A stretch of 64,000 bases of DNA. Source: Spironucleus salmonicida. Taxonomy: Eukaryota. The notes beneath the pieces were generated by a model, which worked only from the letters and a program-made list of their open reading frames with translations, had not been told where the DNA came from and searched no databases. A program made the position numbers and the translations under genes. Of this stretch, positions 13,412 through 27,178 are shown in pieces. The stretch lies in contig NC_090598.1 in NCBI RefSeq assembly GCF_000497125.1, forward strand, positions 1,550,001 through 1,614,000, written 5' to 3'. Position 1 is the stretch's first letter. Each line of letters starts with the position of its first letter.

Positions 13412-13831
13412 ATGTATACCTTATTTTTAGGTGCATAATGTCTATAAATTATAATTGGTGTGCCGTTATTTACACTAACACTCAGGTTTAAACCCAGTAA
13501 TAGTTAGTGGTATATGGTTAATTTAGTACTAGGAATGATTTTGATCGCATCATGTCCTTTATATTATATTGCTTTGCATGAAAATCGATAAAATTATAGT
13601 AAATAAACACTTATTCTTAATGGTATTATAAAATTAGGCAGCGCCGTAACTTTTATTTTATTTTGGATATAGTATTTTTTATCGTTAAGTATTCTGGCCA
13701 TTATTTTTAATATTTACTTAACCATCTAATAATTTTTGCGCTTTCTTATTAAAAATAATATTTACTTAATACATTAAAAGATATCTATTATGAAAATTGA
13801 ATAAGACATAAAAGAGATAATTATAAAGTGA
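13412..13831 (+). CDS. Small multi-pass membrane protein (139 aa, about 4 TM)
   Basis: Code-6 ORF with four hydrophobic segments; AAG-TGA stop. Confidence 0.7.
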
Positions 13832-13897
13832 ACGGTATAACAGTATTATTATACTATTTAATATACATTAGTAATCTTTTCACTTTCTTTTAAGAAA

Positions 13898-14758
13898 ATG
13901 AATAGAATAGCGATCGTTACCAATGATGGTACACTAGCTTTATTTGAGTTCAATTTTCCAAATTTGATTTAAATTTTAGCAACATAGATTTCTTCTTCAT
14001 CGTTATTTAATATTAAATTTCATGGCTAAAAGTTTGTGATATCTGATAAAAAAACAATATAGGTATATAATTAAAATAAGTAATAATATGAGTATCCTGT
14101 AGATGCAGTATCATCTTTAGCTTCTATCAATAATTTCCTAATTATTTCATCTCCAAGCTAAACATTTATTTATGATTAAGAGAATGCATTCACAACTACA
14201 GATTCTTCAATACTTGTTAGAATTATTTAAAATGTCCCAATTTTGGCTGATAATAAGAATTTCATGATATATTAACTTCCAGATAAAATTTTATCTAAAG
14301 TAAATTATTAAAAACACCTAGGAGAGTATTTAGTAGACTATGATCTTATTAACAATAACTTATTGGTTATTGGGCAGAGAAAAATTATCAAATTATCATC
14401 ATAACAGGACGAAATTATATAAAGTTTTGTCTTAGAAAATGAAAAAATAATATGCTATTGCAAATTTAAAAACTTAATATATATAGGTTGTGAAAGTGGT
14501 AAAATAATTTAATTAAGCTTAGAATTACAAGTTTTAAGAAAGAGTGGAGTAAGCAACCAAAGAATTAAGTCTTTAAAATAATTTGGCGACTTTATAGTGT
14601 ATGCAACTACTTCGGGTAAAATTGGTGTATTAAGTATTGACGAAGATGATACTATTTTAAGAATTAGCGAGATTGATATTAAAAGAAGAATTAATGACTT
14701 AGATATCTGTGGTGGATGTTATATTTAAGAAGAAGGTTGTGGTGAAGGGGAGGAGTGA
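13898..14758 (+). CDS. WD40/beta-propeller protein, Mak11/PAK1IP1-like (286 aa)
   Basis: Beta-rich repeats; C-terminal QRIKSL...IVYATTSGKIGV...RRINDL resembles Mak11; GAG-TGA stop. Confidence 0.55.
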
Positions 14759-14983
14759 TAAATACAGCTTCAATTTAGTTTTGAATTAAAAGAACTTCAT
14801 AATCCTTTAACTTCTCAACACAACAATGTTTTGTTTCCGACTTTAAATTTATAATCAATAGTTCTTACACAGAATAGAACTTAATAGCAATAAGATTTAC
14901 TACTGTGCAAACATGTGTAGATATAAATATATAAATTATACTCAAAATTAAAAATACTATAAAATATATAAATTGAATATAAC

Positions 14984-15751
14984 CCTTATTTTTTAATTCT
15001 AAAGACCGTCACTTCATATCTCGCGTTCAGTCGGTTCAAAGCATTGCTGCAGTAGCTACCAGTGTCCCCTTCTCATATTTTCGTGTTCAACTGGTCTTTT
15101 GCGAGTCACGGCGACTTTACGCTGCCTCCCAATGTTGCGCGAGCACTGACCTCGGCTAACCTCTTGCAGGAGGTGGTGCGGACTCATCACCCTAACACAA
15201 GGCTCGTGTTGGGACCCATAGGCGATGTATGCGTTACCGATACTAGAGTATTTCCCCAGGTGCCCAACGATGAGCTGTAGGCTCTTTTCCCGTACGATAT
15301 CATACAGGATCCGACTGTCTTCAGCTATGGAAAGAGCCGTATTTTGATCCATGGTGTCCAGATCACGCAGCAGGTCAGATGCAGCGCTCAAAATGAGCGG
15401 CTGGAATCCACTGTCAAGCTGGGCGCGTATGAGCAGGTTGATCAGGTTTCTGAATTCCCGGCTAACCAGACTGTTCACCCGGAGGACCGCAATATCATCG
15501 CTGAGTCGCTGCTGCAAACCATAATCGTACAACAGAATTGCACGCCGGCCCCTTCATCTAGCTTCCTGAAGCTCACGGACTCTATGTGCAACTTTCACTT
15601 CGATACACTAATTTTGATCTAGGAGGACCTGCAGCAGTACAACTGCCAGATTCACGGCAAGCGGTGCGCCGTAGTCCCAGATTTTGGAAAGGGAGCGTAC
15701 TGCACTGTGGCAGGCTGCCACGGCGTGAGTAGCATCGCGTTCTACGAGTGA
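14984..15751 (+). pseudogene. POLE2: 5'-truncated POLE2 fragment (C-terminal domain only)
   Basis: Same frame as the POLE2 3' half at 37205-37972; no in-frame ATG between the upstream TGA (14756) and the repeat start. Confidence 0.8.
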
Positions 15752-17319
15752 CTGAACTTTTTTGGGGCATACATCAGCAGGGAACGCCGTTTGAAAATTC
15801 ACATCACTAGGGGTCTAAGAATAGGAAATATAACCTCACTGGCCGTGGCCAAACTTGCTTCCCAGCAGCTTGACTCCCTTCTTGGCGCTCTCCTTCCCGG
15901 CAAGCTTCGGCATCAATCTTGCCAGGATCAGCTCAATGAAGCCAAACTTGCTGCCGAACCCGCGCACCTTCAGGGCTATAACGAACTCGCAGTACCTTGA
16001 GTCTGTCTCTGTAATCGCAGAGTTCTGGATCTTCTCCATGAGCACGGCCGAATCCTCCCAGGCCGTTCTAATTTCCAGCAAGGTTGTGTTGTACTGATCG
16101 AGTACCCCAAAATCTCCCTACTCTAGGGCATTGGCGACACTGTCGTTGAACTTTGTGATCTTCTGGTCACGCGAATCGCAGATGAACTGCCGCACGGCCT
16201 CCTTCAACTGTTACTGTAGCGACTCCAGCGCCTTCGGAAGAGTGGGAAGCAGCATATCCGCAAGTTCAATATTGCCCTGGATGGTCTATATTGGAAGGCT
16301 GACCCAGCTCTCGGGGTCTTTGAACTCGAACTCTGTCACGGACGGCCGCATGTCAATCTAGCGCGACACAATAATCCGAGAGTTGTCAAACACCAGAATC
16401 AGTTTGGTCAAGAAAGGCGATATGAGACTGTACTGTATTGTCGAAACAGGGTCTATCAGTACCTAGGAGCCATCGTTGACGAGCAGCACATAATACTCAT
16501 TAACAAGCACCTGGGTGCAGAGACGCGCTACGAACGCCTGGTAGCCGCAACCACTGAGCAGTGCCTGGAGCAACATGGCGTGCTCGAAATAGTCTCCGCC
16601 GCACACGCTGAACACCTGGTCCAGGCTCATCCGAGTCTCCAGCTGGAAACTGCCTAGTTACTGTTCGGTGTAGTACCGGACTAGCGTATCCGGTATGAAT
16701 GGCACGCTAGCCGCAAAGGCTATACAGTCGTCGATTTTCTTAATACTAAACTATAGTATCAGCTTCTACGTCTGTATCTCCGAGGGAAGGAGCTAATTTA
16801 TGAACACCTGGTCACCTTTCAGGTTGTTCACGAACAAGGTAATACCCCGCTGCTCGTAGGACTACCTGATAGAATACTTTTTGAGGTACGCTCTTTTCTG
16901 CCGAGTGGTCATCTGCTGCATCAGCTCCTGTTCGTAGATACTCGATTCTGCGCTTAGCTACCCAGTTCGTGTCTAGATCTGCTCAATTCTCTGCATTTTT
17001 TGTCCAAACTCTGAGGGGAGCTACCCTGTATACTAGCTACTATCAAGGTTGCAGAAATAAACATCCCCCTTCTTGCTTTCCTACTACTGCGAAACAGGGG
17101 TGCGAGGTGGATCAAAGGTGAGAATTATTTGGATAGATGCTGTCTGCAGGTAGATTTCTCCTTCCACCGATTATTTTAAAAACAAGCTACGGAGAGGTAT
17201 CGTCACTTGCGATTCTGCGATATATGAGTTATCGTTGGGGTTGTGCTCATAGAGGATAAGCTTGACAGCATATGGGAACGATGCGATAGCTTCATCTGAT
17301 GCATCATATCCTAAAAACT
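14984..17319. repeat. 2,336-bp GC-rich direct repeat, copy 1 (POLE2 3' fragment plus the 3' end of intact CC2D2A)
   Basis: Matches 37205-39540 at a constant offset of 22,221; starts CCTTATTTTTTAATTC, ends CCTAAAAACT; 7 substitutions seen by eye. Confidence 0.97.
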
Positions 17320-19963
17320 CTTTCTCTTTAAATAATTTTGGCAGCGGTGCAGAAAATTCTAGTTTCTCGCTAAAAAATACTTCGTCATTTAAAGGTGACT
17401 AAAGTTCTGTTGATTATGCTTCGCATCCTGAACCTGTTAATTTTGCTGCTATTTAAAATAATGATGTAGTTATTGGAGTTTCATAAAGTTATAATCTGAT
17501 AACACTTAAAGATACTTAAACAAACTCTCCTTCAACAATATTTTCGTGAATCTCATTTTCCAATAGATTATCTTATTTTTAGAACTATTTTAAATATAAT
17601 GAATGTAATGTTCTACCTTTAGAACGTTATAGAATCTTAACAGGATATAATGATCGAGATTTCCATAAAAATGGTTATAATATGAATGGATTTATCCATT
17701 TTCCAGATGGCCATAAAATAACTAATTTTTCCTAAATGAAATCTGTCTAAAAATTTTAATAAATTTATTTCATTGCTGCTAAATATTACGAAAGAAACAA
17801 TGGTTCATTTAAAGGAGCTTTCCATACATCATCATATTACAATCTTGTTTTTCTATTGACTTATGTTATACTTTAATGTAGCTATATTTTTTATTTTTAC
17901 GATTTTTTACCTTCTATTATTGATAACTTGACTCCTGTTGCTAATTCTCCCAAATTAATAAAATTAGTTGGATCATATTTTTTGACTGCTGTTTTTTCTA
18001 AATTATAAAATTATGTAAGTTCCTATTTATATTTATTAAAGTCTCCTCCTTTATATTACGATTACCCTATTGGTGTCTGGATCTTACTATCAAGCTACTA
18101 AATATTTTCTAAGCTATAATTCATATTTGGGTCGAAGTTTTACTTTTTAAATGGTTAAACATTATCAGATTTTGAGTCCAAACTATTACATTATAAAAGA
18201 TAACCAATAGAATAATTTAGTGAATCTGAAGAATAATCTAATATATTTTTATCCTCTCCGGACTTTAAAGGAACAATAACTTCCCCAGTATGAGACCCTA
18301 TTTAAACTGAAATTCTAATTTTAGGTAGAACTTATGAAAATGGTTAGGTAATTTATATAGCTAATGGTTTAGCTAACTCTACTGATAGGTCTGCACCTAA
18401 TCTAATAGTTTACCCAGAACTAGAAACTTTCATAGTTTTTATTAATCCTATTGTATTTGATTAAAGCACTTATGAATTTTTTAATAGTGAAACCTTAATT
18501 TATTGTTTATCTACCAGGTTACCTAAGCTTTAATCAATTGTTGATACTTTAAATTCGAACGGTAAGTTAAGTTCAGAAGTAAGTAATTGTTTCTCATAAA
18601 GTAATTGCGACTAACGTTATATATTAAAGATATCTTGACAATTATAATCATCATTACAACCATCATTTTCTTATTATTTTAGTATAAAATTCTATTATAA
18701 CTTATCTATTGCTTGTATATATGCAAGGTTTTAAGCTAAATCTATTATTTGCAAAATTTCATCTTCGCTATTTGATTACTTTGTATCAATAGATTATATA
18801 TTTATACCGATAGCAGTACCATTATCCCTTTATACGTATTGATTCAATAATTTTCTAACAGATCTATATCTTTTAACATTTTAAAAATCAATCTATAGTT
18901 TTTATAATGTTTCTTAAATGATTTCTACAAATTTCCTATTATCTAATACATTAATATTATTGTAAATACTGCTAAATAAATCTTCCAATGTTAAAAATTT
19001 TGTATCAATCTTATCAAGTTCACTAGATTAATTAAATTTTTCAAATAGTTTGATGCTATAGTTAATTATCGCTGAAACTGAAACTTAAGCATCTCCTTTA
19101 GAAATATTAACAGGTGATATAATTTCTCCATCTATATTAATGGCAGATACTAGTCTGCAAACATATAATCCCGTTTATAATGATTCAGCAATTAGATTTT
19201 ATTTTTATATAAATAATCTTCCCAAAATAAGTGTTATATTTATGTTTTCTTAAGTTTGCTACTAATTCTACTATTTTTAAATAATAATATTATCTATTCT
19301 AGGTACCCAATTACCATACTCTCTCTTAAATATTTATCCTGCAAATAAATATTTTGGATAAACAGTAAATGGGGCACTATTTGGAATATAGTCAGTATTA
19401 AGTAATCGAGCAAATTACCTACAAGCATATCTTGGAATAATTTTCAGTTATCTAATACCTAGTATTGATTAAGTTAATTAATCTAAGAAAGTTTGTAAAT
19501 TTAAAGATTAAAGTTTAAATAATAATTTACTAAATGGTTATCTAATAATGACTTATAAAGTTGCACTTACTTCTTGTTATAGGGTTTAAACTGGAGTTTA
19601 TTATATTTAAATTAGTTACTAATATCCTGTTTAAAAAATTTAGTCAATTTAACCTAATAAAAAATTAGAAAATCTATTTTCAATAAGAATTAAAAATTCG
19701 TTGCTAATAAACGCACCACTTTTCTATCCTAACCAAAAAATTTCCGATAATTATCTATAATATATATCTGGAATTTGTGTATCAGATTCTAATGATTTGA
19801 TATTCTATTGTAAAAATAATAAATTTTCGTAAACGATACTTAAAAATAAAATAGCATCCTATTTTTATTATTATAATGATTCATTTTCAAAATTAAGTGC
19901 TTTTAACTATGTAACCATTTGATGATTGGCTTAAATGGCTTCAGAAATATATTTTGATGCCAT
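15836..19963 (-). CDS. CC2D2A: CC2D2A/MKS6-like ciliary transition-zone protein (C2 plus transglutaminase-like domain; 1375 aa)
   Basis: Frame checked free of TGA across the repeat boundary; YDPTN, a C2-like region, then SVPFIPD...GDYFEHAMLL...LIDPVS...KITKFN...FVIALKV matching the CC2D2A/CEP76 C-terminus. Confidence 0.75.
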
Positions 19964-20019
19964 TAATTAAATTGAGGATGAATATTTGGATATTTTATTA
20001 ATATATATTTTTTTGAATA

Positions 20020-23000
20020 ATGAACTAGTAACTTTTGGATTTACAATGTTTACTAAAACAGAATATATTTAATAATAAAACTCTTAACTTATCATATGAA
20101 ATTTGTTTATACTAGGATGAAAAATTTGTTTTATAGATTCTTAAAATCTTCGCTTAGCGTCCAGAATTTTCCTATCTACTATTAGCTTCGTTCTTAAATA
20201 AATCAATTAATGTAAATAGTTTATTTCATTACACTAAAAATGCATCTAAAGAACCGCTTGTTTTAATAGGTTGTTTTCTTTAGTAGTATACAGTATTTAT
20301 TTAAACTTTAATTCCAACCTAGACAATATTAGACACTGTGAAAAGTTAGTTAGCAACTAATTCCTATTAAGATTTTGTTTATAATGTAAATTAAATATAA
20401 ATTACTTAATTTCAAGAATAGATGATTAATGATTTAGCATAATAATTATTATTTAATCGAAAACAATTAGCATAATTTACCAGCTCTAGATAAATTGATT
20501 AATTTGTTAATTGTTTGCTTATGACAAATTAGCTCTAGTAATAATAGATAATATTAAATAAAAACTATGCATTAGCTTCAAAAAAGTTAAATTTTTCAGT
20601 ATCAAAATATAGCTTATTTTAAAAAATTAACCTTGATAATTAACTAAAGAAATAAATATCTCTAATTAATGATACATTAACAATACTATTTTAATTTGAT
20701 TAGTAATTATTGCTTTAAGGTCCATTCTATTTTATTAATTCGTATTCGTCTAAAGATTTTTAATATAACATAATATAGTTAATAGATATGGAAATTTTAT
20801 AGCCAGATTGTATGTTAAAACTTATTATTAACCTATATGGAGATTATTCTATGGATACTAATAAAAAGTAAGTTATTGAAGTATTGTCTCTATTTTACTA
20901 TTAGTACCTAGTAGCATATTCTAGTATTAAAATAATATTATAACATGATAATTATCAGTTGATTCTTAAAGATATTTCTAGTCATCTTATAGGATTTATG
21001 CTAAATGTTACTGAATATTCGTCTATTTTAATAGGTATATAGGTTAAATTGAGTTTTTATAATATTTAAGTCGCTATTTACTCTTAGTAATTTATATAAA
21101 TAATATTTAACTTGAGAAAATTATCAGAAATAAAAATAATAAATTAGTCTTAGTTAGATTAATAAATATTGGTATATCACTAGTTATATTTATTTACAAG
21201 TCTTTCAATGGTATAATAGGGACAATAACTTTTTGCAGCAAAACATATAAACAGTTTGTTATCTACAGATAAATAAATATTAAAAATATAAAATCTCATT
21301 TTTATGATAAAAGATAATAATTCAGAATTTATTTAATTATATTTCAACCTTCTATTAATTGAATTATTATTTTTTGATATTAATTATTTTTACGGCTAAA
21401 TTATATTTTAAACTTCTAAATAACTTCAAATTTACATAGTTAAATTATTTAATTAGCATACAGTCCATTAAACATGTATAGTATTACTTAAATAAGTATA
21501 AATTTATGCACAAAAGTAACCTTAATATTCTAATATATTTTTATTATAAAGATTTAAAATGATTGAATATCAACTAGGGAATCAAATAAATAAAGCTTTA
21601 GTCAATACTATCATCGGTGATCCAATTAAATAAATGATTTAATTATATCTATAATAGGAGAATTAATTCATTTACAAAAAAATTTACAAATAAAATTAAC
21701 CAGTAACAGCAAAATTATGTCGTGCAACATTATAAAAAACTCATGATTATATGATTCTATAAAATATTGATAGTTTGCTTGATACAGTAGATTCGTCCTC
21801 ATTTAAAATTGTATTATCAAATGAATACTTTTCAAAAAATACTTATTTGTTTATATCAATCTAAAATACGTTATTGTTTAAATTGTCTTTGTAAACATAA
21901 GCATAATCTATATAAATACCAGTGCAATATACAAATACGTAGCCTTAAAATTTATCATTGGAAATTGAAGCAATAAAGTAACTTTAGCTCGGTAATATTA
22001 TCGGATTTATTTTTAATAGATTTTAATCACTTTCATCTACTTTAGAAACTTCTTTAGCGTCATATAGCCAATCATAAATTCAAGATTTATAAAAATTAGA
22101 TAACTTTTATATGTAATTTTATAATGCATTACCATTTTTATTATTTGGGCCCTTAGTTGGACTAACACGTTATAGTTAAACGAAATAAAATACTGAGAAT
22201 AATATAGAATCTAATTTAGATCAAAATTTATATACTATTGCTAAACTCTCATTCTAATCTATAAACTAATTTAAACTATTCAACTTTAACATTTAGCAAG
22301 ATTAGATATTAAAAATTATATTTATTCTATTATCAAATGAACATGTATTCAATTTTAAAATTAAATAAAAAGTATATGATAATTTTACTAATTATTTAAT
22401 ACCAATTTTAATTAAGCCTACATTTCTCCCATTTTCACTGAATCGAATTCCTTTTGCTACCTTGGAATTAAGTTATATTTAACAGCAAAATCTAGATACC
22501 TTTATCCTATTTTACGATAAGCTCAATCTTATAACAGATATAACACATGTATAAAGAATATCGATTGACCCCATATTGAACTAAATACCACTAGAAAACA
22601 CATTTTCTTTTATAAATACCATAAGATATTTGAAAACGTCACAAAAAATGCATATAACAGCATCTGAGTAACTCCCACCCTCTACAAATTTATTTTTTGT
22701 AGATTCTTCGCTCCCCTAGACTTAGATTCGCATCAGAGAACTTCTGAACAACTAAAAATAGTCATGGGTCGAAATCACAAAACCGCAGGCCATTATAGAC
22801 TCAATTAAGTCTACATAACATTTTATTTTTGCAGGCCATGGAGGTGCCGAAAATCTGCTTCCACATCACAAAATTTTACAGCTAGAAAGCCTCCCAGAAG
22901 CTGCAATTCTGGGATGCTCATCACTGTGTGGAAATTATTTTTCCGGTGGAAGAATTCGCTATACACCGGAGAAAAATTGGCGGCATGGTAGCATTGTAAT

Positions 23001-23151
23001 TGGCTGTTTGTGGGACATGCTCAGCGGAGAATTAGACAGGTTTGCACAAGGTTACGTAGATGGTGGAATGGGTATTTAGGGAAGCTTTTAAGGACGAAAG
23101 AAAATGTTATTGAAATCAGTTTTCGGCGTCGGAATCGTTGTTTATGGGTGA
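20020..23151 (+). CDS. ESP1: Separase (peptidase C50; about 1043 aa)
   Basis: Catalytic FAGHGGAE and ILGCSS; VIGCLWD...ELDRF; C-terminal VVYG. Confidence 0.88.
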
Positions 23152-23164
23152 GAAAATATGTGAT

Positions 23165-26100
23165 TCAGTAAAATTTGCATGATTATTCAAACTAATTAGG
23201 GGTCAAAAACAGCGCTTTAAGCGTATATAAATCTTCGGATACGGCTCCTGAAAGTGATAAAATAGATTTATTATTACTGCGAATTTCGACTAAAAAATCG
23301 TATGACAATATGTTGAGAATTCGTATAATAATGGATGGCAAAAGTGGATGAAAATTATTAAAAAGTTTCTTAACTGATATCCCTGGGTTAATATAAATAA
23401 ACATTGAAATGTCCTTGCGTAGTTATTATATTAATTAGGCGTCTAGAGTAGTAGTTTATAACACGATTTCTCTAGAATACAGCAAAAGTTCATTTGTGTT
23501 AGAATGCTAGTTAAAATACCCTAATTTAGCTATAAATTTTTATTCAGGATTTAAATCTGAATATTTAATATAATCTTTTTTCTTTTATATTGTTAAAAAT
23601 TATTTAAATATTTGTTACTCGGTTTGATTTTTGCAAAGCTAAATAAAATATGATACTAATTAGTTTGATTTTTAAGTAGGATATATATGAGTTACTTATG
23701 TTTAATTTTCAAATGACTCAGAATCTAATATAGACTTCTACTCTATTCTGATTATTTAAGGTTTATTACATGAACTAATGGGGTTTTCAAAAAATTCATC
23801 ATATTCAGAAATTATACTGATGTCAGTCTAAATTGAGTGTAAAGATGTAGAAATACCTTTATATGATGATGTTTTATTGTATTTAATATTATCAGAAATT
23901 TGAAAGGGATAATTATCAAACATACATATATCATCTTCAAAATTATCTCTCTAATTATCAGTATAATAAATAAAGGTTGCTAATTATGAACTATTATTAA
24001 CTTACTTTTAAATATGGGAATTTTGAGAATATAAAGTAGCAATCTATTTATTATTATTCAAGTTATATTTTTAGCAAAACAAAAATAATTAATTGTCAAC
24101 TATTTCATCTTGTAATATATAATATTGTAGCACCTTGTTAAAAAACTAATAATACGCCATGGATTGTTTATCTGAGTATCTTAAATTTACATAATTACTA
24201 GCTTAAATTATTTTAGAGGATTGATCAAGGTTAATCTATTACTCCAAAGTATTCAGATTCTCGTTTATTATTAATTAGTCTTTAAAAAAAGGTGATTACT
24301 ATTAATACGTTTATTAAATATTAGTTACAATATCATTCCTAATTGATAAAATTGATTACTGAAACTTATAACTTCTTTTCTAATAGGCAAATTTAGGATA
24401 CACTAAATTTAAAGGTACAATAGTATAAGGTATATACCTTTATTTTTTGTAAATAAATATTTTAGATTTTATATTAAAGGTTATAATTGAGTAAATAGAA
24501 TATGCTAGAAATTATTAAATTGTAAAATTAATTTATTATTATGTTATAAACTCCTAAAACGTATTTTCTATAGCAATGCATTTATTAGGAGAGCTTAAAA
24601 TTAATTTTTTAATAAGTATTAATATACTAAGTTAAGGTATTGCGTAATTTTTAATGAACTCATGTAATTTTGAATTTGTTTAAATAAATGTTCTATCAAT
24701 TATTATTTCTTTTAAAATATTATAATCAACCTCTGGCTTTTATAATAAAAATTTAGTAATATTTATATCTTTAATATCATGAAAAGATCTCAATCTAAAA
24801 ATAAAATCCTAAACTAATAAAAATGGTATAATCAAGTCCTATTACTCATAGTTATAATTTATAGAACAAAAATAGCTTATATTATCATATTATAAATAAG
24901 ATAAATCTTTAAGATATTACGATATACCATTATCTGCAAAAATATAAGCTGATAGTATTTCAACATTCAAATAATATGGAGTGTTTATGACATACACTTA
25001 TTTATTTTTCTATAAATATGACAGTTTCTTATAATAATGTGGCTTAAAAGCTAGCTACAATGATACTTCTGTTATATATCCTGCATTCTCTAATACTTTC
25101 AATTAAGCAGAAATACTTTATTTTACTTTTCCCAATTTGTTTCCAATAAATTATTTAAATATGTCTTCAGATAAATATATTAGCTAACAGTCAAATTTTT
25201 AATCATTTTAAAGGTCATAAAAAACAGATTCAAATTATACCCCAAAATCTTTAACGAGTTTCAGTAACTATCTAACTGTAAACTACATTATCATTTAATC
25301 AACTGATATAAATCCTACATTTAATGTTTGATAGATTTAATTATTAGTTATTTAAATTAACACTTTTAATAGATATAGTGTTCTGTTAACATTATTTTCA
25401 ATAAAATAATAGGTTTTGATATACGTATCCTATTAATTTGGCACACAAGAATTATTATTGCGTTATAAATTTAATACATCCTATTAAATAGAATCTCTAC
25501 ACCAAATTAAATCATTTTCTATTATAATATATTTAAATATAACCAAAAAGTTTAAACTTTTATTTATAAGATACTCTAATAGTTGAATATTCTTTATTAT
25601 TGAACCTAATTATATAATTTATGTAGTTATGTTTGATATATTCATTTACATAGTTTTACTTATCACAAAAACTAAATAATTCATTTAAAATTAATTAAAG
25701 CTACAACCAGGGTCATTTATAATGGATTGCTACTATATATTCGATATATCATCCAACTAAGTATCAGTTTCATTTTAAATACTGGGTTGCTATGGTACCC
25801 ATTCTTACTTTTTTTAGCAATAAAACCATGGTAACTAAAATCCAATATATTATTTTATATTTTTACTAGACAAAAATAAACTTTAAATAAGGTTAGAATC
25901 TTCTTTAATCTTTAAACTATAAACTGGTGTCAGTGGTTAAATTCTACTTTAAACTAAATGATCAGCGTTGATATATCTTAAAAAACGTGAAGATTTAAAT
26001 TTGCATTCTTATAAAATATTTAATTTACATAAATGTTCTAAAACTTTATTAATCATCTATTTATCATAACTCAAAGCCCCATATATTTGACAATTCTATA

Positions 26101-26638
26101 AAACTAAACATTATGTTAAAAATAAGTTAATAATTTCAGTTCTTAATAGTCTAAGCTAAATCAATAGTGAAAATACTGGAGTTAATGAAAAATATTTAGA
26201 TGTAGTAAAATGAAATAGGCAAGCATCAAATTCCTGTCTAGATAATTATGCATTATAATATATTTAATTGTACTATATTATGTGATTAAATTTTAAAAGG
26301 TAATCTAAATGCATGTTTACCTACTTTTTTTATTCGCCTTTAATCTCAGTTAACTTTATACCACGAAAGCAATTCCTTGAAACCTAATCATAAATTAAAA
26401 CTTATTATAGATTTAATAAACTAATTTTTAAAAACCTTTACCTATATTCATTATTAATTAATATTACCCCATTTGCAAGTGAACCGTTATCAGTTACCCA
26501 TTTATTAATAATCTAAAATAGAATTTATTAATTGTTTTGTTACATTTCTAATGAATCTATATATTCATTTATCTCTGATAACGATATATTAATTTTACAG
26601 CATGCAACAACTTTAAGAAGGTGAATATTTTTTATCAT
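23165..26638 (-). CDS. Probable TFIIIC B-block-binding subunit (GTF3C1/Tfc3-like; about 1157 aa)
   Basis: Winged-helix-like IYDQVSRNCFRGIKLTEIK...VNMHLDYLLKFNHI near the N-terminus; C-terminal IYINPGISVKKLFNNFHPLLPSIIIRILNIL resembles the last WH domain of GTF3C1; start codon uncertain (alternative ATG 26803). Confidence 0.5.
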
Positions 26639-26669
26639 TTTAATAATACAAAGAATTAGTATATAATAT

Positions 26670-27137
26670 TCATTCAAATATAAGTCTTTCTAATAAATTA
26701 CTTACACGGTTGTCAATATCTATATTGGATTAATACTTTTTGTCAAATGATTTTTCGATAATAATTTGCTATTTGAAGTCCTGGTTTTATTTAATAAGTT
26801 CATTTATAGTTTGGAACTATTATTCTAGATTTTATTCTGCTCTCTCAATTTAATAATTTAAATCTTATAATCTGTATTACAAACTCTCATTTGTTTAGGT
26901 CTTATCTATAGTGGATCTCGATGTTGGAAATACTTCGACTTGTGCTTGCTCTGAATACTCCTCATCCTCAATTTAATGTCTGATTTATGAAATTTTGCGA
27001 TCCAATGAATCTCTATTTCTATCTAAATATTCATGTTCTAAACCAACAACCATTTATTTAAGAGCTAAATCTGACAAGTCGCTTTAACCAGATTTTGCTC
27101 GATTAATATATTTTTATTTGGTTTCAGAATCTGTCAT
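26670..27137 (-). CDS. Small coiled-coil protein (155 aa)
   Basis: Code-6 ORF ATG 27137 to TGA 26670. Confidence 0.75.
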
Positions 27138-27178
27138 TTATGTATTACATAATTTTTATGTAATATATTAATATAAGA

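Noticed and set aside
13474-13485. ACTAACACTCAG, resembling a Giardia-type branch point/3' splice site (possible trans-intron half)
   Set aside because: Lies inside the uninterrupted ORF 13412-13831, has no GTATGT donor nearby, and differs from the RPS24 intron signal
15056-15532. 158-aa minus-strand ORF and other short overlapping ORFs in the repeat (also 37277-37753)
   Set aside because: Antisense shadows of the GC-rich POLE2 and CC2D2A frames; no recognisable motifs
13898-15751. TGA read-through or selenocysteine fusion of the WD40 gene with the in-frame POLE2 fragment
   Set aside because: The TGA at 14756 is in a normal GAG-TGA end signal; the linker is low-complexity; TGA-free runs are common in this code; no SECIS-like hairpin seen
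14984-17319. GC-rich repeat as a transposon or foreign insertion
   Set aside because: No transposase or RT motifs, TIRs or TSDs; its frames are continuous with native CC2D2A (copy 1) and POLE2 (copy 2) and use the host code
17320-19960. Plus-strand gene interrupted by repeat copy 1
   Set aside because: Plus frames contain TGAs; the minus frame is open throughout and carries CC2D2A motifs
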